DNA of 59,025 nt. Origin: Paraspadella gotoi (taxonomy: Eukaryota > Animalia > Chaetognatha). Shown piece after piece: positions 39,554-54,115 of the stretch. Under the pieces are notes generated by a model that was not told the origin of the DNA, did not search any database, and worked only from the letters and a program-made list of their open reading frames with translations. Both the position numbers and the translations under genes were made by a program. The stretch is from the NCBI GenBank assembly GCA_051294375.1, contig CM119267.1, positions 8,339,403-8,398,427 of the forward strand. Reading direction: 5' to 3'. Numbering within the stretch: the first letter of the stretch is position 1; each line of letters opens with the position of its first letter.

Positions 39554-41570
39554 AGTTATGGTCTTAATCATGGAGCAATCAATGGCACCCTACCACGAAA
39601 GGCGATTGAAATTTAGATTAAAAACTGTGGGCCCAAGCCGCGTTTGACGGGACGGATGATCCGTTCCCGGGGGGTTTCCTGCTTCCGCTTTAAAACCCGC
39701 TTCGTGTCCCGCCGCTTTCTATACTCCCCCACCACCCACTCCTATTACCGTCCCGGCACCCTGTAATTTCCAAGGCGTCAGGTCAGATTTTAGTGCTTTC
39801 AAGGATTTCTTCTTGTTTCTGTTTTTTGCACGTGTGTGTTTCCTCCCTCGAACCCCACGTCGACTTGCTTCCGGTGAGACGCAACAGATTTGCCTCCGAG
39901 TCCGCCCGGAGTTTCGGACGACGAGTGTCTCCAAGTGATTTTTTTGCCACGTTTATTGTTGCTTCGATTTTGTTTTTCCTTGACGGTTGTACGCATTTTC
40001 TTCTCAGTAGTTCTGTTATGCTTTTGTTTGCCTATGTTGTTCGGTTGTCTCTGCTGCTGTTGCGTTTGCATTCTCTGTCGCAGTATGTTTGCTGTGTACT
40101 GTTTCTGTGCCTTATATGCTTTCGTCTTGTCTTTTCCTGTTATCTTTCTTTTTTCTTCGTCTGGTGTTCGTTTCTTTGTGTTGCTTTTCTGCTCCTTTGT
40201 TTTGGTGTTTCTGTTTGCGTTCGTTATCGTTACTCCTGCCTCCTTTTCTCTTTTGTTGTACTTGATGTCGCGATTTTTGGTGCCTCGCGAGTTGATAGTT
40301 TAGTTTTTGCGTCGCTTAAATTATTTTATTTTTTCTTTCCTTTCTTATTTTCACCCTTTTTTTTCTTGGTCCCGGTTTTCTCTTTATGTCTTTGATACTC
40401 ACTCGCGTTGTCGTGTCTGTGTCTTTGTCTTTGTGTTCCTTTTGTTCTCTTGGACGCGGTGTTGTTGTTTTTTCATTTCCGTGTTCGTTGAATCTTTTAG
40501 TTCTTCCGTTGTTACAGTAGGTTTGGTATGCGTGTGTCGAGTGAGTTGTTCAGTTTTAGCAAGTGCTCTGGTTAGGGCGTTTGTGGTTAGGAGGAAGAGG
40601 AGTGTTTTTTTTCAGATAAGTCGTTATCTTTGTTTTTCTTTAGTTTGGTCCCTTTTTGAGCAATGCTTCGTCAGATTCTCTCGTCTGTACCGCCAAGTAT
40701 TTAAGGCAAACATATTCTCTGTTTGTTAACTCGTTGTATTCGTTTTAAATCTTTTCCTTTATTTTTTGTTTTATTATTTTTCCACAGATAATAAATGCTT
40801 TCCATCATTTCCTACTGTTATCTCCTTATTCGCCTCGTGGTTTTATACTGCATAATTTCGAACTTCTTTAACTTCTCATACTGCGATATAAATATAGCGT
40901 TTCCGGGCCGGCCTTGGCGTCCATGTCATGTCCAATGCTTGCTGCCGTAGAATTATTCCTTTTTATCTTAACCTAAGCTTTTTAATTTTCTTTTACGACT
41001 TGGACCGGGACCAAAGTACAGCGCTTTTCCTGAAACTGACCGCCAAGCAGCTAGTCGACTCTCTGTTGCTTTTAATTAACGAGACGACGACTTAATAAAA
41101 AAAGAGGGAGGTCTATATACTTTCGAATGAAGTATAGTTTTTTTTCGCTACTTATTTCTCTGAGTTAGGGTAGCAACAGTTCCAAGATGCGGTGGATATA
41201 CTTATTTGAAAACGCCAACTTTGGTTGAATTTTTTTTCAAGATAATTTTCAAGAAGTTACTTCTCCGGTCTTAACACTTATTTTCTATCTTACTGAAGGC
41301 AGCGAATATAAAAGAATATCGGAACATAAGCCTTTTTTCCGACGCATTCCATGTATTTTGATAATAAATATTGAAAATCGAAATCAGGAGAATTACAAAA
41401 CACACAGTCAGAAAGGGGAGGCCAGCAAGTTTGAAATATCGTTTTTTTGGGTAAAAAATAACCATATAGCAGACAATGCGCGAGACACTAAATTAATCGG
41501 AAATTGTTTTTTGTGATTATAGTTAAATAAACAGATGAAGTGTTTGTCCTCGTAGTCTAGATTCACTACT
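39551..41570 (+). repeat. 2020-bp block, copy 2
   Basis: Same as 33333-35352 at offset 6218. Confidence 0.95.
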
Positions 41571-41627
41571 TGTCCTCGTCACTTAGGTTGATTTTGGAAC
41601 ACAACATACGATAAGTGATATAGAATT

Positions 41628-41705
<78 letters not shown>

Positions 41706-41722
41706 AGAAGAGTAATTCTTAC

Positions 41723-41784
41723 TTCTAGACTGCTTGAGGAAGATGTTGGAGCGTTAAGGCTTCGTTGCTGTCCAACAATTGATC
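41723..41784 (-). other. Indel-damaged duplicate of the 62-nt formin exon (likely assembly artefact)
   Basis: Same sequence and flanks as 32021-32082 with single-base indels. Confidence 0.8.
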
Positions 41785-42028
41785 CTGAACACGCGGCAAG
41801 ATGTCGTTGAGGAGAAACGCGCAGGAGACGATCATGGAAAAGGAAAAGAGAACAAATATTGTATTAATATGTCACGAATAATATTTTAATGTACGAAAAT
41901 AACCTTTTCTTAACATTAGTAAACGTTGATGAGTTGACGTCTGCAGACAACGTAACTTTAACCCCTCACAAAATGACATGATAGAGAGAGAGAAAAAAAA
42001 GATATAGAGAATAGAAGAGAGAGAGAGA

Positions 42029-42060
<32 letters not shown>

Positions 42061-42072
42061 TGAGAAGAGAGA

Positions 42073-42103
<31 letters not shown>

Positions 42104-42727
42104 GAATTTTAGCTTTGAATTTTACAGAGAGGTAAACTTTGAAATCCATTATAAAATAAATCACTATGTCAAACAAGTATTTTCCTTCAGTAGTATTTTT
42201 TGTATTTTCTCTTGATAAAGGGAAATATTGACAGGGGGAAAAAATTCATCGAGGATCTTAAACGTTAAGGGAAGGAGTTCAGCAAGTAAACTTTGTGACT
42301 CAAACTTTTACGCTGAAATTTTCCTTTCTAGCGGTAAAACTTGCTAAATAAATTCTTAGCCATAACTTTTTCGATTTATGTGAGAGACAATCTCTTATTC
42401 TAACTTTATTTCTAAAGACGAGAGGAAATCCTTCGCTGGAAAGAAAAATCAGACTGCAGAATGTAAGGTAAGTTAGCGAAATTCCGAGCGAGGAGTTAGT
42501 AGGCGACCGGACAACTAGGATCGACCCGCGAGTCGAAACCGCATGAAAGACAAGGAAGAAAGATAGAGAATAACGGAAAAAATCATTTATTTCTAATATA
42601 GGTTGACACAATTTCATAGTTAAGTATGAAAAAAGTCCTCAATAGCAGAAAAAGTATTATTATTCTTGTTTGTAGTGGGACATTCTATATTATGGCATTG
42701 AGTTATTTAGTAGTACTGCATTTCTCT

Positions 42728-42783
<56 letters not shown>

Positions 42784-45700
42784 CTCTCTCTGTCTCTCTC
42801 TCTCCGCTCGTCTCTCTCTCCTGACGAAACGTCTATCTCCGTTTTTTGGCCTATAACGTCCAGTTTGACCAATTGCAACCGTTGCAGCAGCCAATCGCCG
42901 AATCCAATTAATTTCCGGTGATTCAAACAACAGATGGGGGGGGGGGCGAGCCACACACCAAGCGAGTCTACGTGCGCATCTTGGATTCCCGCTTTCTCTC
43001 TCTTACCAATGATCGAGGTAAATGGCCCAACTTTTTTTTTGAACGATATCGTTGCTCTTTGTAAACAAACCAACGCACAGAATGTTTTCTCTTATTCTTT
43101 TTCTTTTAAATGTCAAATAAAACTCCAGTCAGATCTTCCCAATCCCTTTTTTTTCTTCTTTTTCTTTTTTCCTATTATTCTTCGGACTGCTTTTCCCGTT
43201 TTTTTTTTGTTTGTTTTCTCTCGTTTTGTTGACATTGGCTGCCAGCTCCGAAGGGAACGACCCACGAAGCCACGCTGCGAATCTCAACGTCGCGCGGTAC
43301 AAAATGACGACGCTTGAAGCAAATCTTTGGAGACGCACTTGAGAAAAAGTGAAAATAGACTATAAAGTGACTTGACAGAAGCTAGCGAGAGTCTTTCTCT
43401 CTCTCTCTCATCTCTCTCTGCTTCTCTCTCTCTCTCTCTCAAATCAAATCTTATTTCACTCATTCTTGACTCGAGTCCACGACATTCTTCGAGTGACATA
43501 CTCCATAATTTTTTTTTGTTTACGGCAGTGACTTTGCTATCGAGGGAATGTCAGCAAAAAAAACACTTTGTTTGCAATATTGCAAGAAATTACCTACAAA
43601 ATCTAATTAAATTTGAACCACCGACAGACAAAAGGTGGGTCTAGACTAGCGGATTAGATTGGAAAGTCATATGCAGCATTTCTAATCAAGAATCATATAT
43701 ATTTTTGCTACTTTTAATAAAAAAAAAATTAGTCATTTTTGTCCCATTTTGGACTTTGTCTTGAGATTTGAATGACAAGATGGTTGTGAAGAAAATTTTT
43801 TATTTCGGTTTTCGGGTCCTTTTTATCTTCCTTACCCTCTTAGTCAGTTCATATTCAATTGAAAATATTGTGTTTGCCTTTGAATAATTTTAAAATTGAC
43901 TAGTCAAAAACTCACATTTTTAGTTTTTATTACAGATTTGTTAAAACAAAAAAGAGTTTGATTTTACTTACAATTCTAGGCAAATATTCCTATTTCACCG
44001 AGCTCCAACACTCGTAAAAAATTATGGCAAATATTCATATACTGTTTGGCTGTAAAAAAAATTTAAGCCGACTTTTAATGAATGTGTGAGGTTTTAGTGA
44101 GGTGCATGTTTTTTTAAAACTAAAACTCGTTTGTTAACTAATTTTATAGTTTCAATCCGATGGAAGATGCACTAATGTTTAAGTTTTAAAAAAAAAAAAC
44201 CGCATTCTTGTAAATGTCATTGGGAAGCTTCAGGCAACCTTTTTTTCTTCCAATCGACAACGTTCTTTGGGAAAAAAGTTTTCGCAAAAAAATCTGTCGA
44301 TTTTTAAATTCGTGCTTGGCAACCAAACTTCGCTAAAATCTTGCACTACCCGCTATTTTTTTCTTTTCTCCAGCAATACATTTGAAAGATTTGAAATTAG
44401 TGAGAAGGAAAAAAAGATAAGAGAGCAGAGTAATGGGTGAAAAAAAAAGGGGCAGGGAGAGGGAGAACAGTGGGAAAAAATTATTATATGGGGAAGAAGA
44501 TGGAGAACTGAGAATGATCTAAGAGAAAAGAAAAAACAAGAAGGAGAGAAAGAGAATCAGAGAAGAGAGAAAAAGCAGAGAAATAAAGTAAAGGAAGAAA
44601 AGAATGGATGACATAGATAATTATGAGGAGAGAAAAGTAAGAGAAAGGAGAATTGACAGAGAGAAAGAGGAGAGGGGGCAGAGCAGAAAGTTCAAAGAGA
44701 AAAAGTACTAGAGAAGGAAGTAAAAAAAAAGGAAAAAAAGTCTTTTATACTATAGATGGCATGCCGTTTTTTTGCCTAAGCAGTTACTATATCTAAAGAT
44801 ACGTGACAGACTCTTACGAGCAATTTAATCTCTAAAGTTGTCTTACCATGAAAAATCGTTTTTAGTTTCTTCTTAAAGGTTAAGGAATGATACCAGTGTA
44901 TTCTGGAATGGATCGTCGTAAAAGAAATCGATGTCTTGAACACGTATTTTGAAAGCATGAGAAAATTCACCAGTGACTTCTATGTTATAAAAGAGAAGAT
45001 AACTGTAACCAGACCGTTTTTTAAATAAAGGGTGTTTCATATTTATCAGCTGGGAAAAAAAAGAAATAATAGTTAGTAAAGTTCCAAATTCATGGTTGAA
45101 AATACCCAAATAGAAATCACTCGCCTTACTAGATACATTCGATTATAAAATTCTGCCGTTTAGCTTAATCGAAAATATACATTATATAAATACATAGTAT
45201 ATATTCCTCCTGACGTGACAAAAGAACAAACGCATCAGACTGCCGCCGAGTTCATCATGCCATGCACATCCGTCGATTCATTTACAGACAGGTCGATGCA
45301 GATGGTGGTCGAATCGAAACGAAGTCGAACCGTTTTTGAGTAATAAAGAGTGGTTTTCCCGGCGTTGTCATGGAAAGGAAACGTCCGGTTTCGCTTCGAT
45401 TCCCTTTTGTTTTTCAAATCTCTTCAGTCACTAATGAGTCTAGATAGTAGGTTCGTTACTAGGATCGACCTATTCTTCTGCGCCCGTCGTAATTTAACGA
45501 ACTTGTCCCAAATAAGTTCGGCAGTATTACCATAACTTTTTTTTTCCTTCGAGTTTACAACTTCTTAGTACCGATTATTATATCCGTCACCTATTTTTCC
45601 GTCCTGTCTTCATCGACAGTAAAACCGGGTAAACAAATGAACGTAGTTTCCCAAAGTTAATACCCGGTTCGGCTCCCTTTCCCCCCTTTTTCTTTCTTCT

Positions 45701-45800
45701 GAAGCTTTCTCTCTCTCGTCTCTCTTCTCCTCTCTCATCCTCTCTCATCTCCTCTTCTCGTCTCCTCTCTCTCTCGTGACGCTCATGGTTTCTCGTTCGG

Positions 45801-45846
<46 letters not shown>

Positions 45847-46180
45847 CAGCTNNNNNNNNNNNNNNNNNNNNNNNNNATTTCCCTATCTATCCCCAACGAC
45901 GTTCGTCCCCTTTAAAATGTTCATCGTTTGACCCGATTAACCGTCGAAGGAGAGTTTATCTCTCGCTCTCTCTCTCTCGCCTCATCTCTCATCTTTAGCT
46001 CGATCGGAATGTCCATACACTTAACCCAATTTATAACCTTTACACTTCTAATCTTTTTCGGGTATGTTTACTTTTGAAACAAAGTTGCTTACTTTTCAAA
46101 CACGAGGAATAGAATGTGAGCTACATTGTTCTCTCCTCAGTCGAGATATTTCTGTTTACCATCTGTGCGTCTTTCACTAT

Positions 46181-48200
46181 CAGAGTTATGGTCTTAATCA
46201 TGGAGCAATCAATGGCACCCTACCACGAAAGGCGATTGAAATTTAGATTAAAAACTGTGGGCCCAAGCCGCGTTTGACGGGACGGATGATCCGTTCCCGG
46301 GGGGTTTCCTGCTTCCGCTTTAAAACCCGCTTCGTGTCCCGCCGCTTTCTATACTCCCCCACCACCCACTCCTATTACCGTCCCGGCACCCTGTAATTTC
46401 CAAGGCGTCAGGTCAGATTTTAGTGCTTTCAAGGATTTCTTCTTGTTTCTGTTTTTTGCACGTGTGTGTTTCCTCCCTCGAACCCCACGTCGACTTGCTT
46501 CCGGTGAGACGCAACAGATTTGCCTCCGAGTCCGCCCGGAGTTTCGGACGACGAGTGTCTCCAAGTGATTTTTTTGCCACGTTTATTGTTGCTTCGATTT
46601 TGTTTTTCCTTGACGGTTGTACGCATTTTCTTCTCAGTAGTTCTGTTATGCTTTTGTTTGCCTATGTTGTTCGGTTGTCTCTGCTGCTGTTGCGTTTGCA
46701 TTCTCTGTCGCAGTATGTTTGCTGTGTACTGTTTCTGTGCCTTATATGCTTTCGTCTTGTCTTTTCCTGTTATCTTTCTTTTTTCTTCGTCTGGTGTTCG
46801 TTTCTTTGTGTTGCTTTTCTGCTCCTTTGTTTTGGTGTTTCTGTTTGCGTTCGTTATCGTTACTCCTGCCTCCTTTTCTCTTTTGTTGTACTTGATGTCG
46901 CGATTTTTGGTGCCTCGCGAGTTGATAGTTTAGTTTTTGCGTCGCTTAAATTATTTTATTTTTTCTTTCCTTTCTTATTTTCACCCTTTTTTTTCTTGGT
47001 CCCGGTTTTCTCTTTATGTCTTTGATACTCACTCGCGTTGTCGTGTCTGTGTCTTTGTCTTTGTGTTCCTTTTGTTCTCTTGGACGCGGTGTTGTTGTTT
47101 TTTCATTTCCGTGTTCGTTGAATCTTTTAGTTCTTCCGTTGTTACAGTAGGTTTGGTATGCGTGTGTCGAGTGAGTTGTTCAGTTTTAGCAAGTGCTCTG
47201 GTTAGGGCGTTTGTGGTTAGGAGGAAGAGGAGTGTTTTTTTTCAGATAAGTCGTTATCTTTGTTTTTCTTTAGTTTGGTCCCTTTTTGAGCAATGCTTCG
47301 TCAGATTCTCTCGTCTGTACCGCCAAGTATTTAAGGCAAACATATTCTCTGTTTGTTAACTCGTTGTATTCGTTTTAAATCTTTTCCTTTATTTTTTGTT
47401 TTATTATTTTTCCACAGATAATAAATGCTTTCCATCATTTCCTACTGTTATCTCCTTATTCGCCTCGTGGTTTTATACTGCATAATTTCGAACTTCTTTA
47501 ACTTCTCATACTGCGATATAAATATAGCGTTTCCGGGCCGGCCTTGGCGTCCATGTCATGTCCAATGCTTGCTGCCGTAGAATTATTCCTTTTTATCTTA
47601 ACCTAAGCTTTTTAATTTTCTTTTACGACTTGGACCGGGACCAAAGTACAGCGCTTTTCCTGAAACTGACCGCCAAGCAGCTAGTCGACTCTCTGTTGCT
47701 TTTAATTAACGAGACGACGACTTAATAAAAAAAGAGGGAGGTCTATATACTTTCGAATGAAGTATAGTTTTTTTTCGCTACTTATTTCTCTGAGTTAGGG
47801 TAGCAACAGTTCCAAGATGCGGTGGATATACTTATTTGAAAACGCCAACTTTGGTTGAATTTTTTTTCAAGATAATTTTCAAGAAGTTACTTCTCCGGTC
47901 TTAACACTTATTTTCTATCTTACTGAAGGCAGCGAATATAAAAGAATATCGGAACATAAGCCTTTTTTCCGACGCATTCCATGTATTTTGATAATAAATA
48001 TTGAAAATCGAAATCAGGAGAATTACAAAACACACAGTCAGAAAGGGGAGGCCAGCAAGTTTGAAATATCGTTTTTTTGGGTAAAAAATAACCATATAGC
48101 AGACAATGCGCGAGACACTAAATTAATCGGAAATTGTTTTTTGTGATTATAGTTAAATAAACAGATGAAGTGTTTGTCCTCGTAGTCTAGATTCACTACT
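46181..48200 (+). repeat. 2020-bp block, copy 3
   Basis: Same as 39551-41570 at offset 6630. Confidence 0.95.
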
Positions 48201-48263
48201 TGTCCTCGTCACTTTAGGTTTGATTTTGGAACACAACATACGAATAAGTGATATAGAATTAAC

Positions 48264-48343
<80 letters not shown>

Positions 48344-48354
48344 ATAATTCTTAC

Positions 48355-48420
48355 CTTCTGAACTGCTTGAGGAAGATGTTGAGCGTTAAGGCTTCGCTTG
48401 CCTGTCCAACAAATTGAATC
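48355..48420 (-). other. Indel-damaged duplicate of the 62-nt formin exon (likely assembly artefact)
   Basis: Same sequence and flanks as 32021-32082 with single-base insertions. Confidence 0.8.
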
Positions 48421-48658
48421 CTGAACACCGCGCAAGATGTCGTTGAAGGAAGAAACGCGCAGGAGACGATCATGGAAAAGGAAAAGAGAACAAAATATTG
48501 TATTATATGTCACGAATAATGATTTTTAATGTACGAAAATAACCTTTTCTATAACATTAGTAACGTTGATGAGGTTGACGTCTTCAGACAACGTCTTTAA
48601 CCCCTCACAAAATGACATGATAGAGAGAGAGAAAAAAAAGATATAGAGAATAGAGCAG

Positions 48659-48690
<32 letters not shown>

Positions 48691-48715
48691 CAGAGAGAAG
48701 AGAGAGATGAGAGAA

Positions 48716-48746
<31 letters not shown>

Positions 48747-51700
48747 GAATTAGCTTTGAATTTAGCAGAGAAGGTAAACCTTTGAAATCCATTATAAAAT
48801 AAATCACTATGTCAAACAAGTATTTTCCTTCAGAGTATTTTTGTTATTTTCTCTTGATAAAGGGAAATATTGACAGGGGAAAGAAAAAATTCATCGAGGA
48901 TCTTAAACGTTAGGGAAGGAGTTCAGTCCAAGTAAACTTTGGTGACTCAAACTTTTACGCTGAATTTTCCTTTTCTAGCGGTAAAACTTGCTAAATAAAT
49001 TCTTAAGACCATAACTTTTCGATTTATGTGAGAGACAATCTCTTATTCTAAAACTTTTATTTCTAAAGACGAGAGGGAAATCCTTCGCTGGAAAGAAAAT
49101 CAGACTCAGAATAGTAAGGTAAGTTAGCGAAATTCCGAGCGAGGAGTTAGTAGGCGACCGGACAACTAGGATCGACCCGCGAGTGAAACCGCATTGAAAG
49201 ACAAGGAAAGAAAGATAAGAATAACGGAAAAAATACATTTTATTTTAAGTATAGGTTGAACCAATTTCATAGTTAGCTTGAAAAAGTCCTCAAATAGCAG
49301 AAAAAAGTATTAATTTTCTTGTTTTAGGGGACATTCTATATTACGCATTGAGTTATTTAGTAGTACTGCATTTCTCTTCTCTCTCTTCCTCTCCTCTCTC
49401 TCTCTACTCTCTCTCTCTCTCTCCTCCTCTCTCTCTCTCTCTATCTCTCTCTCATCGCTCTCTCTCTCCTCCTGACGAAACGTCTATCCCGTTTTTGGCT
49501 TAACGTCCAGTTTGACCAATTGCAACGTTGCACGCAGCCAATCGCCGAATCCAATTAATTTCCGGTGATTCAAACAACAGATGGGGGGGGGGGCGAGCCA
49601 CACACAGCAGTGTGGCAGTGCAGCAGGCTATGGATTCCCGCTCTTCTCTCTCCTTACCAATGATCGGGTAAATGGCCCAACTTTTTTTTTGAACGATATC
49701 GTCGCTCTTTGTAAACAAACCCACGCACAGAATGTTTTCTCTTATTTCTTTTTCTCTTTAAATGTCAAATAAAACTCCAGTCGATCTTCCGCAATCCCTT
49801 TTTTTTCTTCTTTTCTTTTTTCCTATTATTCTTCGGACGCTTTTCCCGTTTTTTTTTTGGTTTGTTTTCTCTTCGTTTTGTTGGACATTGGCTGCCACCC
49901 TCGAAGGGAACGACCCACGCAAACCAGCGCTGCGAATCTCAACGTCGCGCGGTGACAAAATGACGAACGCCTTGAAGCAATCTTTGGAAACTGCACTTGA
50001 GAAAAAGTGAACAATAGACTAATAAAGTGACTTGACAGAAGGCTAGCGAGAGTCTCTCTCTCTCTCTCTCATCTCCTCTCTCTTCTCTCTCTCTCTCTCA
50101 AAATCAATCTGTATTCACTTCATTCTTGACTCGAGTCCACAGACATTCTTCGAGGATGACATACTCCATAATTTTTTTTTGGTTTACGGCAGTGACTTTG
50201 CTAGTCGAGGGAAATGTCAGCAAGAAAAAACACTATTGTTTGCAATATTGCAAGAATATTACATACAGAAATCTAATTAAATTTGAAACCGCCGACAGAC
50301 AAAAGTGGGGCTAGACTAGCGTTGATTTAATTGGAAAGCTCATATGCAGGCATTTCTAATCAAGAATCATATTATTTTTGCTACTTTTAATAAAAAAAAA
50401 AATTATGTCATTTTTGTCCATTTTGACTTTGTCTTGAGATTTGAATGACAAGATGGTTTGAAGAAAATTTTTTATTTCGGTTTCGGGTCCTTTTTATCTT
50501 TCCTTACCTCTTAGTCAGTTCATATTCAATTGAAAATATATTGTTTTGCCTTTGGAATTAACTTTTAAAATTGACTAGTCAAAAATCACATTTTTAGTTT
50601 TTAATTACACATTTGTTAAACAAAAAAAGTTTGATTTACTGCTACAATTCTAGGCAACATATTCCTATTCAACCTGAGCTTCCAACATCGTAAAAAATTA
50701 TGGCAAATATTCAATACTTTTTGGCTGTAAAAAAAATTTAAGCCGAACTTTTAATGAATGATGAGGTTTTAGTGAGTGCAGTTTTTAAAACTAAAAACTC
50801 GTTTTTTAAACTAATTTTATAGTTTCATCCGATGAGAAATGCACTAATGTTTAAGTTTTAAAAAAAAAAAACCGCATTCTTTTAAATGTCATTGGGAAGC
50901 TTCAGGACCTTTTTTTTCTTCCAACGACACGTTCTTTGCCGGAAAAAATTTTCCGCAAAAAAATCTGTCGATTTTTTAAATTCTGCTGGGCAACCAAACC
51001 TTCGCTAAAATCTTGCACTACCCCAGGCTATTTTTTTTCTTTTTCTTCCTAGCAATACATTTGAAAGATTTGAAATTAGTGAGAAGGAGAAAAAAAGATA
51101 AGAGAGCAGAGTAAATGGGTGAAAAAAAAAGGGGCGAGGGAGAGGGAGAACAAGTGGGAAAAAATGTATTATATGGGGAGAAGATGGAGAATGAGATGAT
51201 TAAGAGAAAAGAAAAAACAAGAAGGGAGAGAAAGAGAATCAGAGAAGAGAGAAAAAGCAGAGAAATAAAGTAAAGAAGAAAGAATGGATGACATAGATAA
51301 TTATGAGGAGAAGAAAAGTAAGAGAAAAGGAGAATAGACAGAGAGAAAGAGAGAGGGGACAGAGCAGAAAGGTTCAAAGAGAAAAAGTAAACTAGAAAGG
51401 AAGTAAAAAAAAGGAAAAAAAGAGTCTTTATACTATGTGCATGCCGTTTTTTTGCCTAAGCAGTACTATATCTAAAGATACGTGACAGATCTTACGAGCA
51501 AATTTAATCTCTAAAAGTTGTCTTACCATGAAAAATCGTTTTTAGTTTTCTTCTTAAGGTTAGGAATGATACCGATATTCTGGAATGGATGCGTACGTAA
51601 AAGAGAATCGACTGTCTTAACCCGTATTTTGAAAGCATAGAAAATTCACCCAGATGACTTCTATGTATATAAAAGAGAAGATAACTGTAACCAGACCGTG

Positions 51701-53977
51701 TTTTTTAAATAAAGGTGTTTCATATTTATCAGCTGGGAAAAAAAAAGAAATAATAGTTAGTAAAGTTTCCAAATTCATGTTGAAAATACCCAAATAGAAA
51801 CTCACCTCGCCTTACTAGTCATTCGATTATACAAAATTCTCTGCCGTTTAACTTAAATCGAAAATATCATTATATAATATATATAGTATATATTCCTCGC
51901 TGACGTGACAAAGAACAAACGCATGCAGACTGCGCCGAGTTCATCATGCCATCACATCCGTCGATCATTTACAGACAGGTCCGATGCAGATGGTGGTCGA
52001 TTCGAAACGAAGTCGAACACGTTTTTGAGTAATAAGAGTGTTATCCCGTGCGTTGTCATGGAATAGGAACACGTCCGGTTTCGCTTCGATTCCCTTTTGT
52101 TTTTCAAATCTCTTTCAGTCCACTAATGAGTCTAGATAGTAGTTCGTTACTAGGATCGACTATTTTCTGCGCCCGTCGTAATTTTAACGAACTTGTCCCA
52201 AATAAGTTCGGCTAGTATTACCATAACTTTTTTTTTCCTTCAGAGTTTACAACTTGCTTAGTACCGATTATTATATCCGCACCATTTGTCCTGTCTTCAT
52301 CGCAGTAAAACGCGGGTAAACAAATGTAACGCTAGTTTCCCAAAGTTAATACCCCGGTTCGGCTCCTTTCCTCCCCCTTTTTCTTTGAGTCTTCTCTCTG
52401 ACTCTCTCTCTCTCTCTTCTCTCCTCTCTCAGTCTCTTCATCTCTCATCTCTCTCTCCTCTCTCTCTCTACGCTCATGGTCATCTCTCTCTCTCTCTTTA
52501 GGACTCTCTCTCTCTCTCTCCAGCTATTTCGCACTATCTCATCCCAACGACGTTCCGTCCCCTTTAGAAAATGTTCATTCGTTGACCCGATTAACCGATC
52601 GAAGGAGAGTGTTTATCTCTCGCTCTCCTCTCTCTCGACCCGTCATCTCTCATCTTTAGCTCGATCGGAATGTCCAATATCACTTAACCCAATTTTATAA
52701 CCTTTACACTTCTAATCTTTTTTCGGGTATGTTTACTTTTGAAAAACAAAGTTTGCCTGTACTTTTCAAACACGAGGAATAGAATGTGAGCTAACATTGT
52801 TCTCACCAATCGACGTTCCTCAGTCGAGATATTTCTGTTTACCACCTCTGTTGCTCTTTTCTCACTATCCTCTCTCTCTCTCTCTCTCTCGACGGGTCTC
52901 TCTCTCTCCACTCCTCTCCTCGTCTCTCTCTCTTCTTCTCATCTCACTCCTCTCTTCTCTCTCTCCTCTTTGAATTCCTTAAGCTATCATGTCTACGTAA
53001 TAATATAAAAGTTATAAGCTTTCCCGNNNNNNNNNNNNNNNNNNNNNNNNNTTGCAATGACGAGCGAGGGCATCCACAAAGAGCGTGACAAGACTCGAGA
53101 TCGCTCGATCGTTCAAGAGCACCGAATGCCTAAATGCCAAGGGTGCCAGGGTGCAAGGGATATTAAGGACGCACGGAAGAGCCCGAAGATTGGTTGCTAA
53201 GAATCGTCAAGAGGAACGACGTCTGCTTTTAATTTAGACCGAGCATCTAGAAATCGACAAAAGTTTTTTTTCTTCATCGTTTCAAAAAAATATTTAGGTC
53301 CTCGGATATATTTTACATATCATTTACTAAAAAATTATTCCCGCATAGACCAATTTAATAATAAAAATTATCTAAATGACCCAGTTTTGAGAGTTATTTT
53401 TGAAATGTTTAAATATCTATACAACAGGATATTTTACAAATGTAATTTTTTAAACCAGCCTCGTTATATACTGTCAATATTTTAGTTAATATTATCATCA
53501 TCATCATCATCATCATTATTATTATTAGTTCTAATATTATCATTATTTCTATTATTTTAATATTGTTATTATTATTTTTATTTAAACTTTAAACCAAATA
53601 CTCATAAAATTTAACTTTAATATACCCAAAATACACATAAAGGGATCCCTTTAATACACATCCCCTCTGGTCCAACTATTTTTTTCTCAGCTCATACCCC
53701 GCAAACTCCAGATCGAAAGAGGCAGAGAGGCTCGAACCATCGACCTTGGAAGGAGTTAGAGAGAGAGAGAGGAAACCGGAAGGAGGAGGCGTCGGTCATT
53801 ACGCGCCCGACACTGGCCGACACGTGGCCGACAGACGACAAGAGAGAAAAGAAGGCAAGTAGTTTTAAAAATAAATAAAGATCATTCGAGGGAACTTGGA
53901 AAAAAGAGGCTCTTTTTGACGAAAGCCCCCGCATTTCAACTTAAATTCAGAATTGAGTTTGTTTTGAGGTTAAATGA

Positions 53978-54115
53978 TTAGGTTAGGGATAAGGAGTAGG
54001 TTTGGGATTATGGTTAGTGATTTGGTTAGTTTTGGTTAGGGTTCAGGGTTAGGGATTACTTTTTAAGTTATCGAAAAAGGTTAGGAATTAGGGTTAGGGA
54101 TTGAAGTTGGGGATT
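53978..54115 (+). repeat. Degenerate TTAGG(G)-rich tract
   Basis: Several TTAGGG, TTAGG and TTTGGG-like units in a G/T-biased stretch; no perfect array. Confidence 0.5.
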
